Assembly (NCBI GenBank): GCA_046581755.1
Contig: JAYGFR010000103.1
Coordinates: forward strand, 16,869-80,868
Direction: 5' to 3'
Source: Nitrospinota bacterium
Lineage (GTDB): Bacteria > UBA8248
DNA: 64,000 nucleotides
Position 1 is the stretch's first letter. Each line of letters starts with the position of its first letter. Below, piece by piece: positions 13,005 through 23,398 of the stretch. The position numbers and the translations under genes were made by a program. The notes beneath the pieces are model-generated. The model saw only the letters and a program-made list of their open reading frames with translations. It was not told the origin of the DNA and searched no databases.

Positions 13005-14001
13005 CTTCGGCCTCCGCGATTTCCGCCCGTTTCTCGCTGGGCGGGTCCCCGGCGGGTCCGCCGCCGCTCTCCCCGCTCTGGCCGGCGAGGAGGTAGAGGA
13101 TCCCCATCCGGCAGGCGACGCCGTACTCGACCTGTTCGAGGATGACGGAGTACGGCCCGTCGGCCACGTCGGGGGACATCTCGACGCCCCGGTTGATGGG
13201 CCCCGGATGCATGATAAGCAGATCCTTCTTCACCCCGCGCAGGCGCTTGCGGTTGATGCCGTAGGTGGCGGCGTACTCGCGCTCGCTCGGGAAGGCGGCT
13301 CCCGCTCCGCGCTCGACCTGGATGCGCAGCGCCATCAGGACATCGGCCCACTCGATGGCCTCCTCCAGCCGGGTGGTCACCCGGGCCCCGAGGCTCCCGG
13401 CCTCGGCGGGCAGCATGGTGGCGGGGCCGCAAATCATGACCTCGGCCCCCAGCTTCCGGAGGGCGGTGATGTCCGAGCGCGCCACCCGGCTCCGGGCGAT
13501 GTCGCCCACGATGGAGACGCGCAGGCCCTCGAACTCTTTTTTGTGCTCCCGGATGGTGTAGAGATCAAGAAGAGCTTGGGTGGGGTGCTCGTGTCAGCCG
13601 TCCCCGGCGTTGACGACCCCGCAGCGGAGCTCGCGGGCCAGGTAGGCGGGCGCCCCCGAGGCCGGATGACGCACGACGACCACGTCGGTGGCCATGGCCT
13701 CGATGTTCCGGGCCGTATCGCGCAGGGTCTCTCCCTTTTTCGCGGCGCTGGACGAGGCGGCGATGTTGATGACATCGGCCGAGAGGCGCTTTCCGGCGAT
13801 CTCGAACGAGGTGCGCGTGCGCGTGGAGGGCTCGAAGAACAGGTTCACCACCGTCTTCCCGCGCAGGGAGGGCACCTTTTTGATGTCCCGCTCGTTCACC
13901 TCCCGGAAGGAGTCGGTCATATCGAGGAGGAACAGAATCTCCTCGGGCGACAGATCCCGGATGGAGAGGAGATCTTTTCCTTGCAACGGTTCCGGCTTCA
14001 T
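12988..14001 (-). pseudogene. pyrB: aspartate carbamoyltransferase catalytic subunit interrupted by a single in-frame TGA (codon 136, complement of 13594-13596)
   Basis: The N-terminal ORF ends ...STRTRTSFE...VVNAGDG, then TGA, then in the same frame HEHPTQALLDLYTIREHKKEFEGLRVSIVGDIARSRVARS...HPGPINRGVE. A Thermus-type GDGRHEHPTQ sequence implies an ancestral CGA (Arg) codon. Confidence 0.85.
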
Positions 14002-14597
14002 GGGGAATCCTCCGGGGCAGAGGGATGCGGCGAATGATCCTGGGGAATATGTTTTATCGCGAAACCGGGCGAATCCCGCACGATGATGGCGTCCCGCCCG
14101 TCGCTTTCCTCGAGAAGGACCTGGACCTCCTCGTCGGGCAGGACATCCAGGTTCCGGCCCACGAAATCCGCCCGGACGGGCAGTTCGCGCCCGCCCCGAT
14201 CGACGGCCACGGCCAGCAGGACGCGCGCCGGGCGGCCGAAATTCACCAGCATGGCCAGCGCGGCCCGGACGGTCCTGCCCGTGAACAGCACATCGTCCAC
14301 GAGAACGATGTCCTTGTCCGCGCAGGAAAAGGGCAGGTCCGTCTTCCGAAGGCGGGCGCGGGCGCCGCCCGCGCGATCGAGATCGTCCCGGAAGAGGGTG
14401 ACGTCGAGGGCACCGACGGGGGGGCGGGTTCCCTCGAGGCTTTCGATGATGCCCGAGAGCCTCTCGGCCAGCGGCACGCCCCGGGTGCGGATGCCGACGA
14501 GGGCGAGTTGGCCGAAATCCCCGCTCTGCTCGATGATTTCGTGGGCCAGGCGCTTGAGCGTCCGGCGCAACTGGCCGCTGTCCAGCTCCTCACGCAT
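13998..14597 (-). CDS. pyrR: bifunctional pyrimidine operon regulator / uracil phosphoribosyltransferase PyrR
   Basis: The sequence reads [47 protein letters not shown]...[21 protein letters not shown]. Its stop overlaps the pyrB start in an ATGA arrangement. Confidence 0.9.
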   Translation of the reverse strand: MREELDSGQLRRTLKRLAHEIIEQSGDFGQLALVGIRTRGVPLAERLSGIIESLEGTRPPVGALDVTLFRDDLDRAGGARARLRKTDLPFSCADKDIVLVDDVLFTGRTVRAALAMLVNFGRPARVLLAVAVDRGGRELPVRADFVGRNLDVLPDEEVQVLLEESDGRDAIIVRDSPGFAIKHIPQDHSPHPSAPEDSP

Positions 14598-14639
14598 GGG
14601 CCCCGGCCCCCAAACCCACAACCCGCCTAAAAGCCGCGC

Positions 14640-14690
14640 GGGCGAAAAAAAAACTCCATCCCTTCCGGAATGGAGGCCGATGTGCAAACC
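14640..14690 (-). promoter_or_regulatory. candidate PyrR-responsive attenuator: hairpin followed by a U9 tract in the pyrR-pyrB leader
   Basis: The minus-strand RNA reads cuccauuccggaagggauggag followed by uuuuuuuuu. The loop motif UCCGGAAGGGA resembles the PyrR binding loop, and the element sits in the leader upstream of pyrR. Confidence 0.35.
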
Positions 14691-14896
14691 GCTCAAATGC
14701 CCAATGTCGGGTGGTCATCCCGGCATCCTCCTTGGCCGACTCTCGGTCCGGCATTAAAGGTTGGAAGCCTTTTTCTTCTAATTTCTTCTTTTCTTCTTAC
14801 TTATATTTTCTTACTTACTTCGTACGGAACACGATGCCTCAACGCCCCGGACGATCCGGAATCTAACAGGCTTGCCCCCCGCGATCAAGGGGGAAG

Positions 14897-15211
14897 CTAG
14901 CGGTCCGCCAAAAAATCGATGGGGCCATCGGAATCCGTCTCCGGCGGAACGTTCTCGGCCCGCCGCTCCTCGATCACCTCGTAGAGCTCGCGGGCGCCGG
15001 TCTTCGAGACCCGCCGCTCCGCCGTGGCCAGGACCCGGATCCGTATCTCCCGCCTGCCCACGCGCAGTTCCAGTTCATCCCCCTCGCGAAGCTGGCGGCC
15101 CGCCTTGGCGGGCGCCCCGCCGCAAATCACTGCGCCGTTTTCAATCAGGGCCTTTGCCGCGGACCGTCTCTTGACCAGGCGGCTGGCGGTGAGGAAAAAA
15201 TCGAGACGCAC
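14897..15211 (-). CDS. S4-domain RNA-binding protein
   Basis: The sequence begins MRLDFFLTASRLVKRRSAAKALIENGAVICGG. It is the last gene of the mfd-surA-surA operon. Confidence 0.7.
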   Translation of the reverse strand: MRLDFFLTASRLVKRRSAAKALIENGAVICGGAPAKAGRQLREGDELELRVGRREIRIRVLATAERRVSKTGARELYEVIEERRAENVPPETDSDGPIDFLADR

Positions 15212-15225
15212 TCACCACCGCCCGT

Positions 15226-16686
15226 TTATTTAAATTCCTGGGGATCGGCCACGATGCTCCGAGTCTTTTCCACCTTCACATCGAACTCCAGGCGCACCCT
15301 TTTCTCGTCCGTGACCACGCCGATGCGCCCCTTTTTCGGGGCCAGTGAAATCGCCTTGATCAAGTCGGCGAAGCTGACCTTGCCGAGATAGGAATTGGGC
15401 AGGAGATAGTTATACTCGTAAAGGAAAATACTCGTCCCCGGATCGGGATTGACGAATTCGTGATGGAGTTTTTCGAGGCCGCCGATTTTCTCGCGGCCCA
15501 GGATCATCTCCTCGTCCACCTTGAGGTTGCCCGATTTCCACCTCTCGTCCCGGCGGCTGGAGCCGAAGGTCCAGAACACCTTCTCGCGCCCCAGCAGCTC
15601 GACCGACTTGAGCAGCTTGATTTCGATGAGCTTGAAGGAAATTTGCTCCCTGACATCGCGGAACAGCGCCTCGAGGGAGCCCACGCCCCCCTTCCCTTCA
15701 GCCTGGGGATCGAAGTGGATCTCCAGGAATGCCGCGCGCTTGAGATCGGCGATCCACTCGCGTCGGCGCTTCGCGCGCTTTTCCTTGAGCAGAAGACCCC
15801 GGAGCCTTCCCGAGAGTTTGTCGAGCGTGGTCACTTTGCCAGGCCGTAATTTTTTCACCAGGAGGATGTGGTAGCCGGCCTGGGTCCGGACCACATCGCT
15901 GATCTTGCCCACCGGCATGGAAAAGAGGATTTTTTCGAACTCGGCGAACACCTCGCCTTTTTTGATGAACCCCAGGTCCCCCCCCCGGGAGGCGTTGGGG
16001 CCTTCGGATAATTTTCTTGCGGTGGCGGCGAAATCCTTGCCGTTGGAGAGGGCCAGGCGGCGTGCCTTGTCCGCCTTGGCGCGCCGGGCGGCATCCTCTT
16101 TTTGGGAGGCCCCGCGGGCCACGGGAAAGAAAATCTGCAGGATTTGCCTCGCCTCTCCCTGGCGAAAGCGGTCGATGTTGGCCTTGTAGTAGCCCGCGAT
16201 TTCAATATCGCTCACCGATACCCGGGAAAGCACCTCCCGCCCTTCGGTCTTGAGGCGGAGAATGTCATTTCGCCTTTCCTCCCAGTAGGCCTTGAGGGAG
16301 GTCCCTTGCGAGCGCAGAATTTTGTCGAATTGTTTCGCCCCGATTTTTTCCCTGTCCAAGATGCTCTGGATACGCCGTTCGAGTTCCTTGTCGGGAACCG
16401 TGATTCCGAGTTTTTTCCCCCGCTGGATCACCAGTTTTTGCTCGATGAGGTTGTTGAGCGCGCTGAGCCTGAACTCGCGCATGCGCCCCTCCAGGCTTTT
16501 GGCGCCGAAGCGCCGCTTGTGTCTTTCGATCGATTTCTTGACGTACTCCTGGAGTTCGCTCAGCGTGATGATCTCGCTGTTGATCTTCGCCACGATCCGC
16601 TCGACCGTGATGGGCTTCGCCCCCGCCCGGGGGACCCCCAGGAGAAGAGCGAAAACGATAAATCCGCTAACCCGCCGCGCCATCAT
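15226..16686 (-). CDS. SurA-like periplasmic chaperone / parvulin-type peptidyl-prolyl isomerase
   Basis: It has a signal peptide, a SurA N-terminal domain and a PpiC domain (GGDLGFIKKGEVFAEFEKILFSMPVGKISDVVRTQAGYHILLV). Confidence 0.8.
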   Translation of the reverse strand: MMARRVSGFIVFALLLGVPRAGAKPITVERIVAKINSEIITLSELQEYVKKSIERHKRRFGAKSLEGRMREFRLSALNNLIEQKLVIQRGKKLGITVPDKELERRIQSILDREKIGAKQFDKILRSQGTSLKAYWEERRNDILRLKTEGREVLSRVSVSDIEIAGYYKANIDRFRQGEARQILQIFFPVARGASQKEDAARRAKADKARRLALSNGKDFAATARKLSEGPNASRGGDLGFIKKGEVFAEFEKILFSMPVGKISDVVRTQAGYHILLVKKLRPGKVTTLDKLSGRLRGLLLKEKRAKRRREWIADLKRAAFLEIHFDPQAEGKGGVGSLEALFRDVREQISFKLIEIKLLKSVELLGREKVFWTFGSSRRDERWKSGNLKVDEEMILGREKIGGLEKLHHEFVNPDPGTSIFLYEYNYLLPNSYLGKVSFADLIKAISLAPKKGRIGVVTDEKRVRLEFDVKVEKTRSIVADPQEFK

Positions 16687-17644
16687 TTAAATTTCTCCAG
16701 TAATACCGAATCTCGGCTTTTTGCTTCAGGCCGGCAATCCATTTTTTCAGCATCGCACGGCCCCTTTCGGTCAACAAGCGGGCGTAGATTTTCTTCCGGA
16801 CGGCCCGAAACGGCTGGATTCCCGCCGAGCGCCTTTCGGTCACCTGGAACAGATGGAAGCCCGACGAGGTTTGCACCACGGGACTGACTTCCTCTCCCTT
16901 GAGGCTATGGACCACTTTCTGAACCTTATCGGGAAGCTCATCCGAGGAGAAAAGGCCCATATCCCCACCCCGGCTCCTATCGGCCCCTATCGAGGCCTGG
17001 CGCGCGAGGAGCGCAAAGGAAACCCCGGCGACGACCCGGTCGCGGAGTTGCCTGGCTGCCTCCTCCGAGCGGACCACAATCTGGCGCACCCGCCAGCGCC
17101 TGCCCACCCGGAACGTCCCACGGTTATCATCGTAATATGCGCGAATATCGGCTTTGGAAAGTTCGATTTTGGAATACACCTCTCTTTCCAAAACCTGTTC
17201 AATTTCAAAGGTTTCCCAGAGGGATTTTCTCCACCGGCTCATTTCGATCTTCTCCTCGCGGAGCGCTTTTTCCAGTTCCTCCCTGGAGCCGTACTGGCGG
17301 GACACCATCTGAATGAGAGCTTGAACCCGCGCCTCTTCGACAAACTCGCCGGTTTGGCGGGAGTGCTGGAGAATGAGCCGGCGCTCGACCAATTCCTCTA
17401 CAAGCGCCCGAACCAGGGGGCCGTCCTTTTTGGAGGCCGCGCCGGCCCTTCCCCTGGCCAACAGGAGGCCCTTGACATCCTTCATCCTGATCGAAGAATC
17501 GTTCACCACGGCGATGACCGGACCCGGGCCGCCTTTTTGGGCCGGCGCTTGGCCCGAATCGCAGCCGGCGGCAATGATGATAACGATAGACGCCACGGCG
17601 CACCGCGCCAAATGGGTGCCTCTCCCGATTCCGCCGCGAATCAT
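16667..17644 (-). CDS. PpiC/parvulin-family peptidyl-prolyl isomerase (second SurA/PrsA-like paralog)
   Basis: The PpiC domain reads GGDMGLFSSDELPDKVQKVVHSLKGEEVSPVVQTSSGFHLFQV. It has a lipoprotein-like N-terminus and overlaps the mfd stop. Confidence 0.75.
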   Translation of the reverse strand: MIRGGIGRGTHLARCAVASIVIIIAAGCDSGQAPAQKGGPGPVIAVVNDSSIRMKDVKGLLLARGRAGAASKKDGPLVRALVEELVERRLILQHSRQTGEFVEEARVQALIQMVSRQYGSREELEKALREEKIEMSRWRKSLWETFEIEQVLEREVYSKIELSKADIRAYYDDNRGTFRVGRRWRVRQIVVRSEEAARQLRDRVVAGVSFALLARQASIGADRSRGGDMGLFSSDELPDKVQKVVHSLKGEEVSPVVQTSSGFHLFQVTERRSAGIQPFRAVRKKIYARLLTERGRAMLKKWIAGLKQKAEIRYYWRNLNDGAAG

Positions 17645-20600
17645 TCCGCCTCATCTCCTCCCGGCGCGGAAGCCGCCGCCGGCTCGCCCGCAAGGCTCCC
17701 GGCCTCCCCGTCTTCGGTCTCTATCCCGCTATCCATCGCACAGGCCTCGAAGGTTTCGAGGACTTCCATCAGCCGATCGAAATCCGCCTCCCAGTTCCCC
17801 TGGATGGCGAGCTGAAAACTGTGGCTGCCGGTAAACACCATACCCGGTGTGGCCATGAAAACGGCCGACAATTCATAGTCGCCCGGGAAGGCTTTGAGGA
17901 ACGCCTGTTTCCCTCTCATATGGAAGGTCTTCAACCCGCAGCGGCGGCAGCGAATCCGGAGCTCTCCCAGCTGAAGGAGGCGCATCGCCCGGAGCGGCAC
18001 CGGGCCGAAGCGGTCCGACAGTTCCTGCCCGATCTCCCGAATCTCCCCGGGCGTGGCGGCCGCGGCGATCCGCCTGTAGATTTCCAGGCGCTCGGCCTGG
18101 GCGGGCACCCATACCGGCGGCACCGAACCCGCCACGGGCACGGTCACATCGGGTTCGCGGAAATCGACCGACCGGCCCCGGGTCTCCTGAAGCACCTCCT
18201 CGAGCAGGCGGCAATACATCTCGAAGCCCACCGCCGATATTTTCCCCGTCTGACGGTGGCCCAGGAGATGGCCCGCCCCGCGAATCTCCAGATCGCGCGC
18301 CGCCAGTTTGAACCCCGCGCCGAGTTCGCTCAACTCCTCGATCGCTTGGAGGCGCTCGCGGGCATCGTGGGTGAGGGCCTCCCTCCCCGGCACGAGAAGA
18401 TAGGCATGCGCCTGGAACCGGTCGCGGCCCACGCGCCCTCTGAGCTGGTAGAGCTGGGCCATGCCGAAGGTATCGGCGCGGCTGATGAGAATGGTGTTCA
18501 CGGTGGGGATATCGAGGCCGCTTTCGATGATGGCCGTGCACAGGAGCACGTCGGCCTTCCTCGAAACGAATTTCTCCATCACGTCCTCCAGCTGCCTCTC
18601 TTTCATCTGCCCATGGGCGACGAGAAGCCGCGCCTCCGGAACCGCGCCCTCGATGAAGCGCGCCATCGCTGGAAGGCTTTGGACCCGGTTATGGACGAAA
18701 AACACCTGGCCGCCCCGATCCATCTCCCGGCGAATGGCCTGGGCGATGACTTTTTTCGAAAATGACGAGATATAGGTGCGCGGGGCCAGGCGGTGGCGCG
18801 GGGGAGTCTCGATGGTGCTCAGGTCGCGGGCGCCCGAAAGGGCCAGCTGGAGCGTGCGCGGAATAGGCGTCGCCGTCAGCGTGAGCACGTCCACGTTGAC
18901 CCGCATTTTCTTGAATTTTTCCTTGTGCACCACGCCGAAGCGGTGCTCCTCATCGACGATCAGCAGTCCCAGGTCCTTGAAGGCGATGTCCTTTTGAAGA
19001 AGGCGGTGGGTTCCGATCACGATATCCACCTGGCCCGAGGCCAGTTCGCGGACCACCTCGGTCTGCTCCTTTTTGGTGCGGAACCGGGAAAGCATCTCGA
19101 TCCGGACCGGGAGGGATTCGAACCGGGCGTTGAAGGTCTGCCAATGCTGATGCGCCAGGAGGGTGGTCGGAACCACAAGGGCGACCTGCCGGCCCGACGA
19201 GACGGCGCGGGCCGCCGCCCGGAGTGCCACCTCGGTCTTCCCGTAGCCCACGTCGCCGCACACCAGGCGATCCATCGGCTGGGGCTTTTCCATGTCGGCC
19301 AGGACATCGCGAATGGCCCGCTCCTGATCCTTGGTCTCCTCGAATTCGAATCCCGCCGCCACCTCGGTGTCCCATCCCCCCTCGGCCGGGAACGACATGC
19401 CTTCCACGACGCTCCGATCCGAGTAGAGGCGGACCAGGTCTCGCGCGATGGACTGGAGGGCTTTTTTCACCCCCCGCTTGCTCTTCGCCCATCGCGTGCC
19501 GCCCAGCCTGTCCAGCGGGGGGGCCTGCCCGGTCCCCCGGTAGATATGGACCCGGTCGATGTCGTCCATCGGGACATAAAGCTTATCGCCGCCGGCATAG
19601 GCGATGTGGAGGAACTCATCCTCCCCCTCGGCGTGTTCGAGCGTCCGCGCGCCCAGATAGCGGCCCACGCCATGATCGATGTGGACGATGTAATCGTCCA
19701 CCTTCAAATCCTGGAACCCTTCGGCCTTGCGCCCCTTGGCGGCGCCGTTGCGCGCCCGCCCCAGGGAGCCGGACAGGATGTCGTCAACCCGGAAAAATAC
19801 CAGCTTCTCGTCCGGGAAGCGGACGCTGGCGCTCAGCCGCCCCTCGGCGATGACCAATTTTTCGCCCGCCCGGGCCAAATTCGATTCGGCGGGCAAAATC
19901 GAAAGGCCGAATCCGCGATCCTTCAGGATCGCCTGCACGCGCAGCGCCTGCGTCTTGTCCGCCGCGACGATGACCGTGCGCTCCGCGCCGGCGATCCAGC
20001 CCTCCAGGCGCTCCACGAAATCTCCGATTCGCCCCCGGAAGGGCGCCAGCCGCTCGGCGGCCAGGGTAAGGCCCCCATCCTCCCGGCCCTCCTCCGGAGC
20101 CGGCAGGTCATCGAGGCCCAGCGGATCGAATTCGATCAGGGGCCAGAGGGAGAGCGACTCCTCCACCGCCTCGGGCCGGAGCCACATCCGATCCGGATCG
20201 AAATGGATGAGACCGCGCTCGGCGGCAAGGGCAGCTTCCTCCTCCACGTCCGCCCACAACCGCTCCGTGGCCGGGCCGATAGAGCCGGGCTCATGGATCA
20301 GCCATATGGCATCCCCCGGCACGGCATCGAAGAGGGTCCCCATCTCGGGCAGGAAAAAGGAGGCCAAACCCTCTATGCCGGAAAACTGGCCCTCCGCCTC
20401 GAGGAGATCGAGCAGGCGCTCCACCCGGCGGGCCGGTTCGCCTTCCCCCCCCGCCCCCTCCCGGAGGGCGGCCGCCCCCCGCTCTTTGTCCTCGCCGGAA
20501 AGAACGAGTTCCCGGGCCGGAAACACCCGTATTTCGGGCCGGGTGAGCAGGGTCCGCTGCGTCTGGGGGTGGAACTCACGGAGCGCATCGATCTCATCGC

Positions 20601-21180
20601 CCTTGAAATCCAGGCGGATGGGGCGCTTTTCCTGCGGGGTGAAGAAATCGACGATGCCCCCCCGCACGGCGTATTCGCCCGGCGACTCGACAATCGAGCG
20701 CCGGGTATACATCAGCGACTCCAGGCAGCCCAGGAGGCGATCGCGGTCGATCTCCTCTCCCTCGCGCAGGGTGAAGGCGCCCTCGCGGAGCCGCGCCGGG
20801 GGCGGCATCCGGCCGCACAGCGCCTCGGGGGTGGTGAGAACGATTCCGGCGCCGCCGGAAATCAGGAAATCCAGGGCGGCCATCCGCTCACCCATCATCT
20901 CGCTCGAAGGAGAAATCCGTGCGTATGGGTAAACGTCCCAGGCCGGAAAGGAGTAAAGGGCGGGGCGCTCGTGTGCACTCGCGTAGCCGAGAAAGAAGCG
21001 GAGGTTCGCCTCGATCTGGCTGAGTCGCCTCGGATCGGCCTCGACGAACACGGCCGGCCTTCGAACCTCGCGGACGAGATTCGAAAGCCACCAGGCGAGG
21101 GAGGCTTCATTCGATCCGCGCAGGCGGACCCGCTGGTTCGCATCGATTCGATCGGCTAGGGAGAGGATCGGGTTCGTCAT
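17641..21180 (-). CDS. mfd: transcription-repair coupling factor
   Basis: The 1179-aa ORF contains a DEAD/DEAH helicase core ([18 protein letters not shown]...[11 protein letters not shown]...[12 protein letters not shown]), a UvrB-interaction-type N-terminus and a TRCF C-terminus. Confidence 0.95.
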   Translation of the reverse strand: MTNPILSLADRIDANQRVRLRGSNEASLAWWLSNLVREVRRPAVFVEADPRRLSQIEANLRFFLGYASAHERPALYSFPAWDVYPYARISPSSEMMGERMAALDFLISGGAGIVLTTPEALCGRMPPPARLREGAFTLREGEEIDRDRLLGCLESLMYTRRSIVESPGEYAVRGGIVDFFTPQEKRPIRLDFKGDEIDALREFHPQTQRTLLTRPEIRVFPARELVLSGEDKERGAAALREGAGGEGEPARRVERLLDLLEAEGQFSGIEGLASFFLPEMGTLFDAVPGDAIWLIHEPGSIGPATERLWADVEEEAALAAERGLIHFDPDRMWLRPEAVEESLSLWPLIEFDPLGLDDLPAPEEGREDGGLTLAAERLAPFRGRIGDFVERLEGWIAGAERTVIVAADKTQALRVQAILKDRGFGLSILPAESNLARAGEKLVIAEGRLSASVRFPDEKLVFFRVDDILSGSLGRARNGAAKGRKAEGFQDLKVDDYIVHIDHGVGRYLGARTLEHAEGEDEFLHIAYAGGDKLYVPMDDIDRVHIYRGTGQAPPLDRLGGTRWAKSKRGVKKALQSIARDLVRLYSDRSVVEGMSFPAEGGWDTEVAAGFEFEETKDQERAIRDVLADMEKPQPMDRLVCGDVGYGKTEVALRAAARAVSSGRQVALVVPTTLLAHQHWQTFNARFESLPVRIEMLSRFRTKKEQTEVVRELASGQVDIVIGTHRLLQKDIAFKDLGLLIVDEEHRFGVVHKEKFKKMRVNVDVLTLTATPIPRTLQLALSGARDLSTIETPPRHRLAPRTYISSFSKKVIAQAIRREMDRGGQVFFVHNRVQSLPAMARFIEGAVPEARLLVAHGQMKERQLEDVMEKFVSRKADVLLCTAIIESGLDIPTVNTILISRADTFGMAQLYQLRGRVGRDRFQAHAYLLVPGREALTHDARERLQAIEELSELGAGFKLAARDLEIRGAGHLLGHRQTGKISAVGFEMYCRLLEEVLQETRGRSVDFREPDVTVPVAGSVPPVWVPAQAERLEIYRRIAAAATPGEIREIGQELSDRFGPVPLRAMRLLQLGELRIRCRRCGLKTFHMRGKQAFLKAFPGDYELSAVFMATPGMVFTGSHSFQLAIQGNWEADFDRLMEVLETFEACAMDSGIETEDGEAGSLAGEPAAASAPGGDEAE

Positions 21181-21253
21181 GTTCCGGGATAAAACTAAAA
21201 ATGAAATCGATTAATCGGAAATTTTAATCCAGGCCTCGTCCGAGGCCCGGAAA

Positions 21254-22345
21254 CTACTCTACCGTTCTCAGGGAGGAGGCCTGTTGAAGTTCGATCATCT
21301 TTCTTGTGATGACGAACTCGCGCAAGACGTTCGAAGCCGTTTGCGGAAGAGCGACCGCCGTATCGTTTAGAAAAATTTTTGTCCCGGCGAGGTTGCCCAC
21401 TGTCAGGACAAACTTGCCGCGCCCCCGCCAGGTCTTCTGGCTTCCCCCGGCGAGCAGGATCTCGAAGGATTCCTTCGAATCCACCTGGATGCGAAGCCAG
21501 GTATCCTCCACCGCCTTGATCGTAAGGCCCAACAGCGCCTCTGTTTTCGGCCGAACCGCCGGGGTCTCCACCTTCCCAGGGAGGGACGCCGTGCGGAGGC
21601 CGAGGGCGCTGGGGGATGATTTTATATTCGATGATTTCAATGACTTGACAGGAACAGGCAGATTCGGTGCGACCCGGGTGGAACGGGGCCCGGCGGGCTT
21701 GGCGCTCCCACTCACTTTCGTTGCCCCGGGAAATTTCCGGGCGTTCGGTTTTCCGCCGATGCCACCTCTCTGGGAGGAAATTTTGGGCGCCGCCGCCGTT
21801 CGGCCGGCGCCCGCGCCAGCCTTCGTGGAACGGCCTTTCGATGAGCCGTTCAATTTTCTCAATTCCTTGATGGCGGGCTGAGCGACCGCCTTGATCCGAT
21901 CGGTGAACCCGCCCAGCTTTCCGAATTGCGCGGTCTTGCCTTTGACGAACCACAAAAAAGCGCCGCTCCCGAGAATGAACAAAACCACCACGGCGATCGG
22001 AAGAAGCAGCTTGCTTCGTTTCGGAAAAGCAACGGGAGAGAACCGGATCTTTACCGCAAGCTTGTCGTCGATGTCATCGGAGCGGACGCCAACGGTATTG
22101 TTGTAATACTGAACAACGTGATCCGCATCCACGCCGATATGGGTGGCATAGGCACGAATGAAGCCGCGGCAAATCGGAACGCCGGGGAGGTCCCCGAACT
22201 CCTCGGCTTCAATCTTCTCGATATAGAAGGTTCGCACACGCGTACTGCTGGCAACATCCGCAATGGAAGTTCCCCGCTCTTCGCGCTCGCGCCTCAGGTA
22301 GGCGCCGAGGCCCGCATCTTCGATTGACAAATTCCACTCCGCCAT
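21254..22345 (-). CDS. rodZ: RodZ-like cytoskeleton protein (XRE HTH + TM + DUF4115)
   Basis: The N-terminus is a helix-turn-helix (GAYLRREREERGTSIADVASSTRVRTFYIEKIE). A single TM segment (LLLPIAVVVLFILGSGAFLWFV) follows, then a Pro/Ala/Lys-rich linker and a C-terminal DUF4115-like region. Confidence 0.7.
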   Translation of the reverse strand: MAEWNLSIEDAGLGAYLRREREERGTSIADVASSTRVRTFYIEKIEAEEFGDLPGVPICRGFIRAYATHIGVDADHVVQYYNNTVGVRSDDIDDKLAVKIRFSPVAFPKRSKLLLPIAVVVLFILGSGAFLWFVKGKTAQFGKLGGFTDRIKAVAQPAIKELRKLNGSSKGRSTKAGAGAGRTAAAPKISSQRGGIGGKPNARKFPGATKVSGSAKPAGPRSTRVAPNLPVPVKSLKSSNIKSSPSALGLRTASLPGKVETPAVRPKTEALLGLTIKAVEDTWLRIQVDSKESFEILLAGGSQKTWRGRGKFVLTVGNLAGTKIFLNDTAVALPQTASNVLREFVITRKMIELQQASSLRTVE

Positions 22346-22506
22346 CGCCCATCCACCCGCCCCTGCTCGGGCAAGGATAATAAAAAAAAGCTAAACATAA
22401 GAAAAACAAATATATAGGTATTCAAAGCAATGGTCAACGTTTAAATGATCCGTGGAATACCTTTTTTTTATGGGGCAAAACAGGGGGGATTCGCTTCTGC
22501 GGGCCT

Positions 22507-23397
22507 CTAACAGAGCATGAATTCTCGTAACAGAGTGTGAATTCCCGGCGAAACGTCCAGGATGCCGGGGGATTCCCCGGTGGTGGGCCATTTTGATAAC
22601 CCTTTACCCCACAACAAGATAGGGACTTTATTGGTTGTGTGGGATGAAATGCTCATATCCTCGATATTGCCGTGGTCGCTGCTGAGGACAAATGTGTCCC
22701 GGGCCGGGTCGAGTTCCGCCACGGCGGCACCCAGGAAGCGGTTCAGCGGCCCGAGAACCTCCAGCGCATCCTCGAATGTCCCTCGGTGACCGGCTATATC
22801 TGTCTGAAAAAACTCATATACGAGCAAATCGCGCGCCCTGGTCATCCGGCCGAGCCGGGCGCCCGCCTCCTCGGGCGAGATTTCCTCGATCTCCAGGCCG
22901 GATTCAATGAGGTAACGGTTGGTGAATTCCCGGTAGACGGCCTCGCCGCGCCGAAGGTGTTCCAGGCGCTTGAGCGGAATCCCCGAGCTCTCGGCCATCA
23001 CGGTCGTCACCGAGCGGTGGCGGGTTCTCCCGCGTGAAAAAAAGGCGGGCGTGTAGGCGTTGGCGAAATCCACGTGCGCTCCCCGCTCGCGGGCTTTTCG
23101 AAGCAGGCCATCGCGCGCGATGAGCTCCCGGAGCGCGGCGTTCGGATAGCCCTGCAGGTGGTCCCCCACCAGCGCCGGGGCGTTCCGGCCCGTAAAGAGG
23201 GAAGCGCCTCCGGTCGCGCTCTGCGGAGTGCCGGGCACACCGAGACAGGCATCGGCGGAGATCAGACCAAAGCCCGCCGGGAGGGGGGCGTTTCCGCCGA
23301 GGCCGGAGAGCGGCCCCTCATCGAGCGCGGCGAGCGGGTTGTGCGGCCCCGGGGGGGCGAGCCCCATCCCATCGACGAAAACGAAAAGGATCGCCAA
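22507..23397 (-). CDS. alkaline-phosphatase-superfamily metalloenzyme (phosphopentomutase / iPGM-like)
   Basis: The sequence reads MAILFVFVDGMGLAPPG...VLSSDHGNIEDMS. This core metalloenzyme-fold motif is shared by sulfatases, iPGM and phosphopentomutase. Confidence 0.55.
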   Translation of the reverse strand: MAILFVFVDGMGLAPPGPHNPLAALDEGPLSGLGGNAPLPAGFGLISADACLGVPGTPQSATGGASLFTGRNAPALVGDHLQGYPNAALRELIARDGLLRKARERGAHVDFANAYTPAFFSRGRTRHRSVTTVMAESSGIPLKRLEHLRRGEAVYREFTNRYLIESGLEIEEISPEEAGARLGRMTRARDLLVYEFFQTDIAGHRGTFEDALEVLGPLNRFLGAAVAELDPARDTFVLSSDHGNIEDMSISSHTTNKVPILLWGKGLSKWPTTGESPGILDVSPGIHTLLREFMLC

Positions 23398-23398
23398 C

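Noticed and set aside
12988-14001. Genetic-code reassignment (TGA as Gly/Trp) or selenocysteine, as an explanation for the pyrB TGA
   Set aside because: Long conserved genes in the same window (carB, mfd, SurA-like, aconitase-like) contain no in-frame TGA. No SECIS-like context or selenoprotein family is involved. An isolated point change is more parsimonious.
18793-21159. 788-aa plus-strand ORF inside mfd
   Set aside because: It is antisense to mfd, whose 1179-aa product is unambiguous.
22508-22550. Direct repeat taacagag-N2-tgaattc x2
   Set aside because: It lies inside the 3' coding end of the metalloenzyme gene (the ...HTLLREFMLC codons). It is most likely coincidental.
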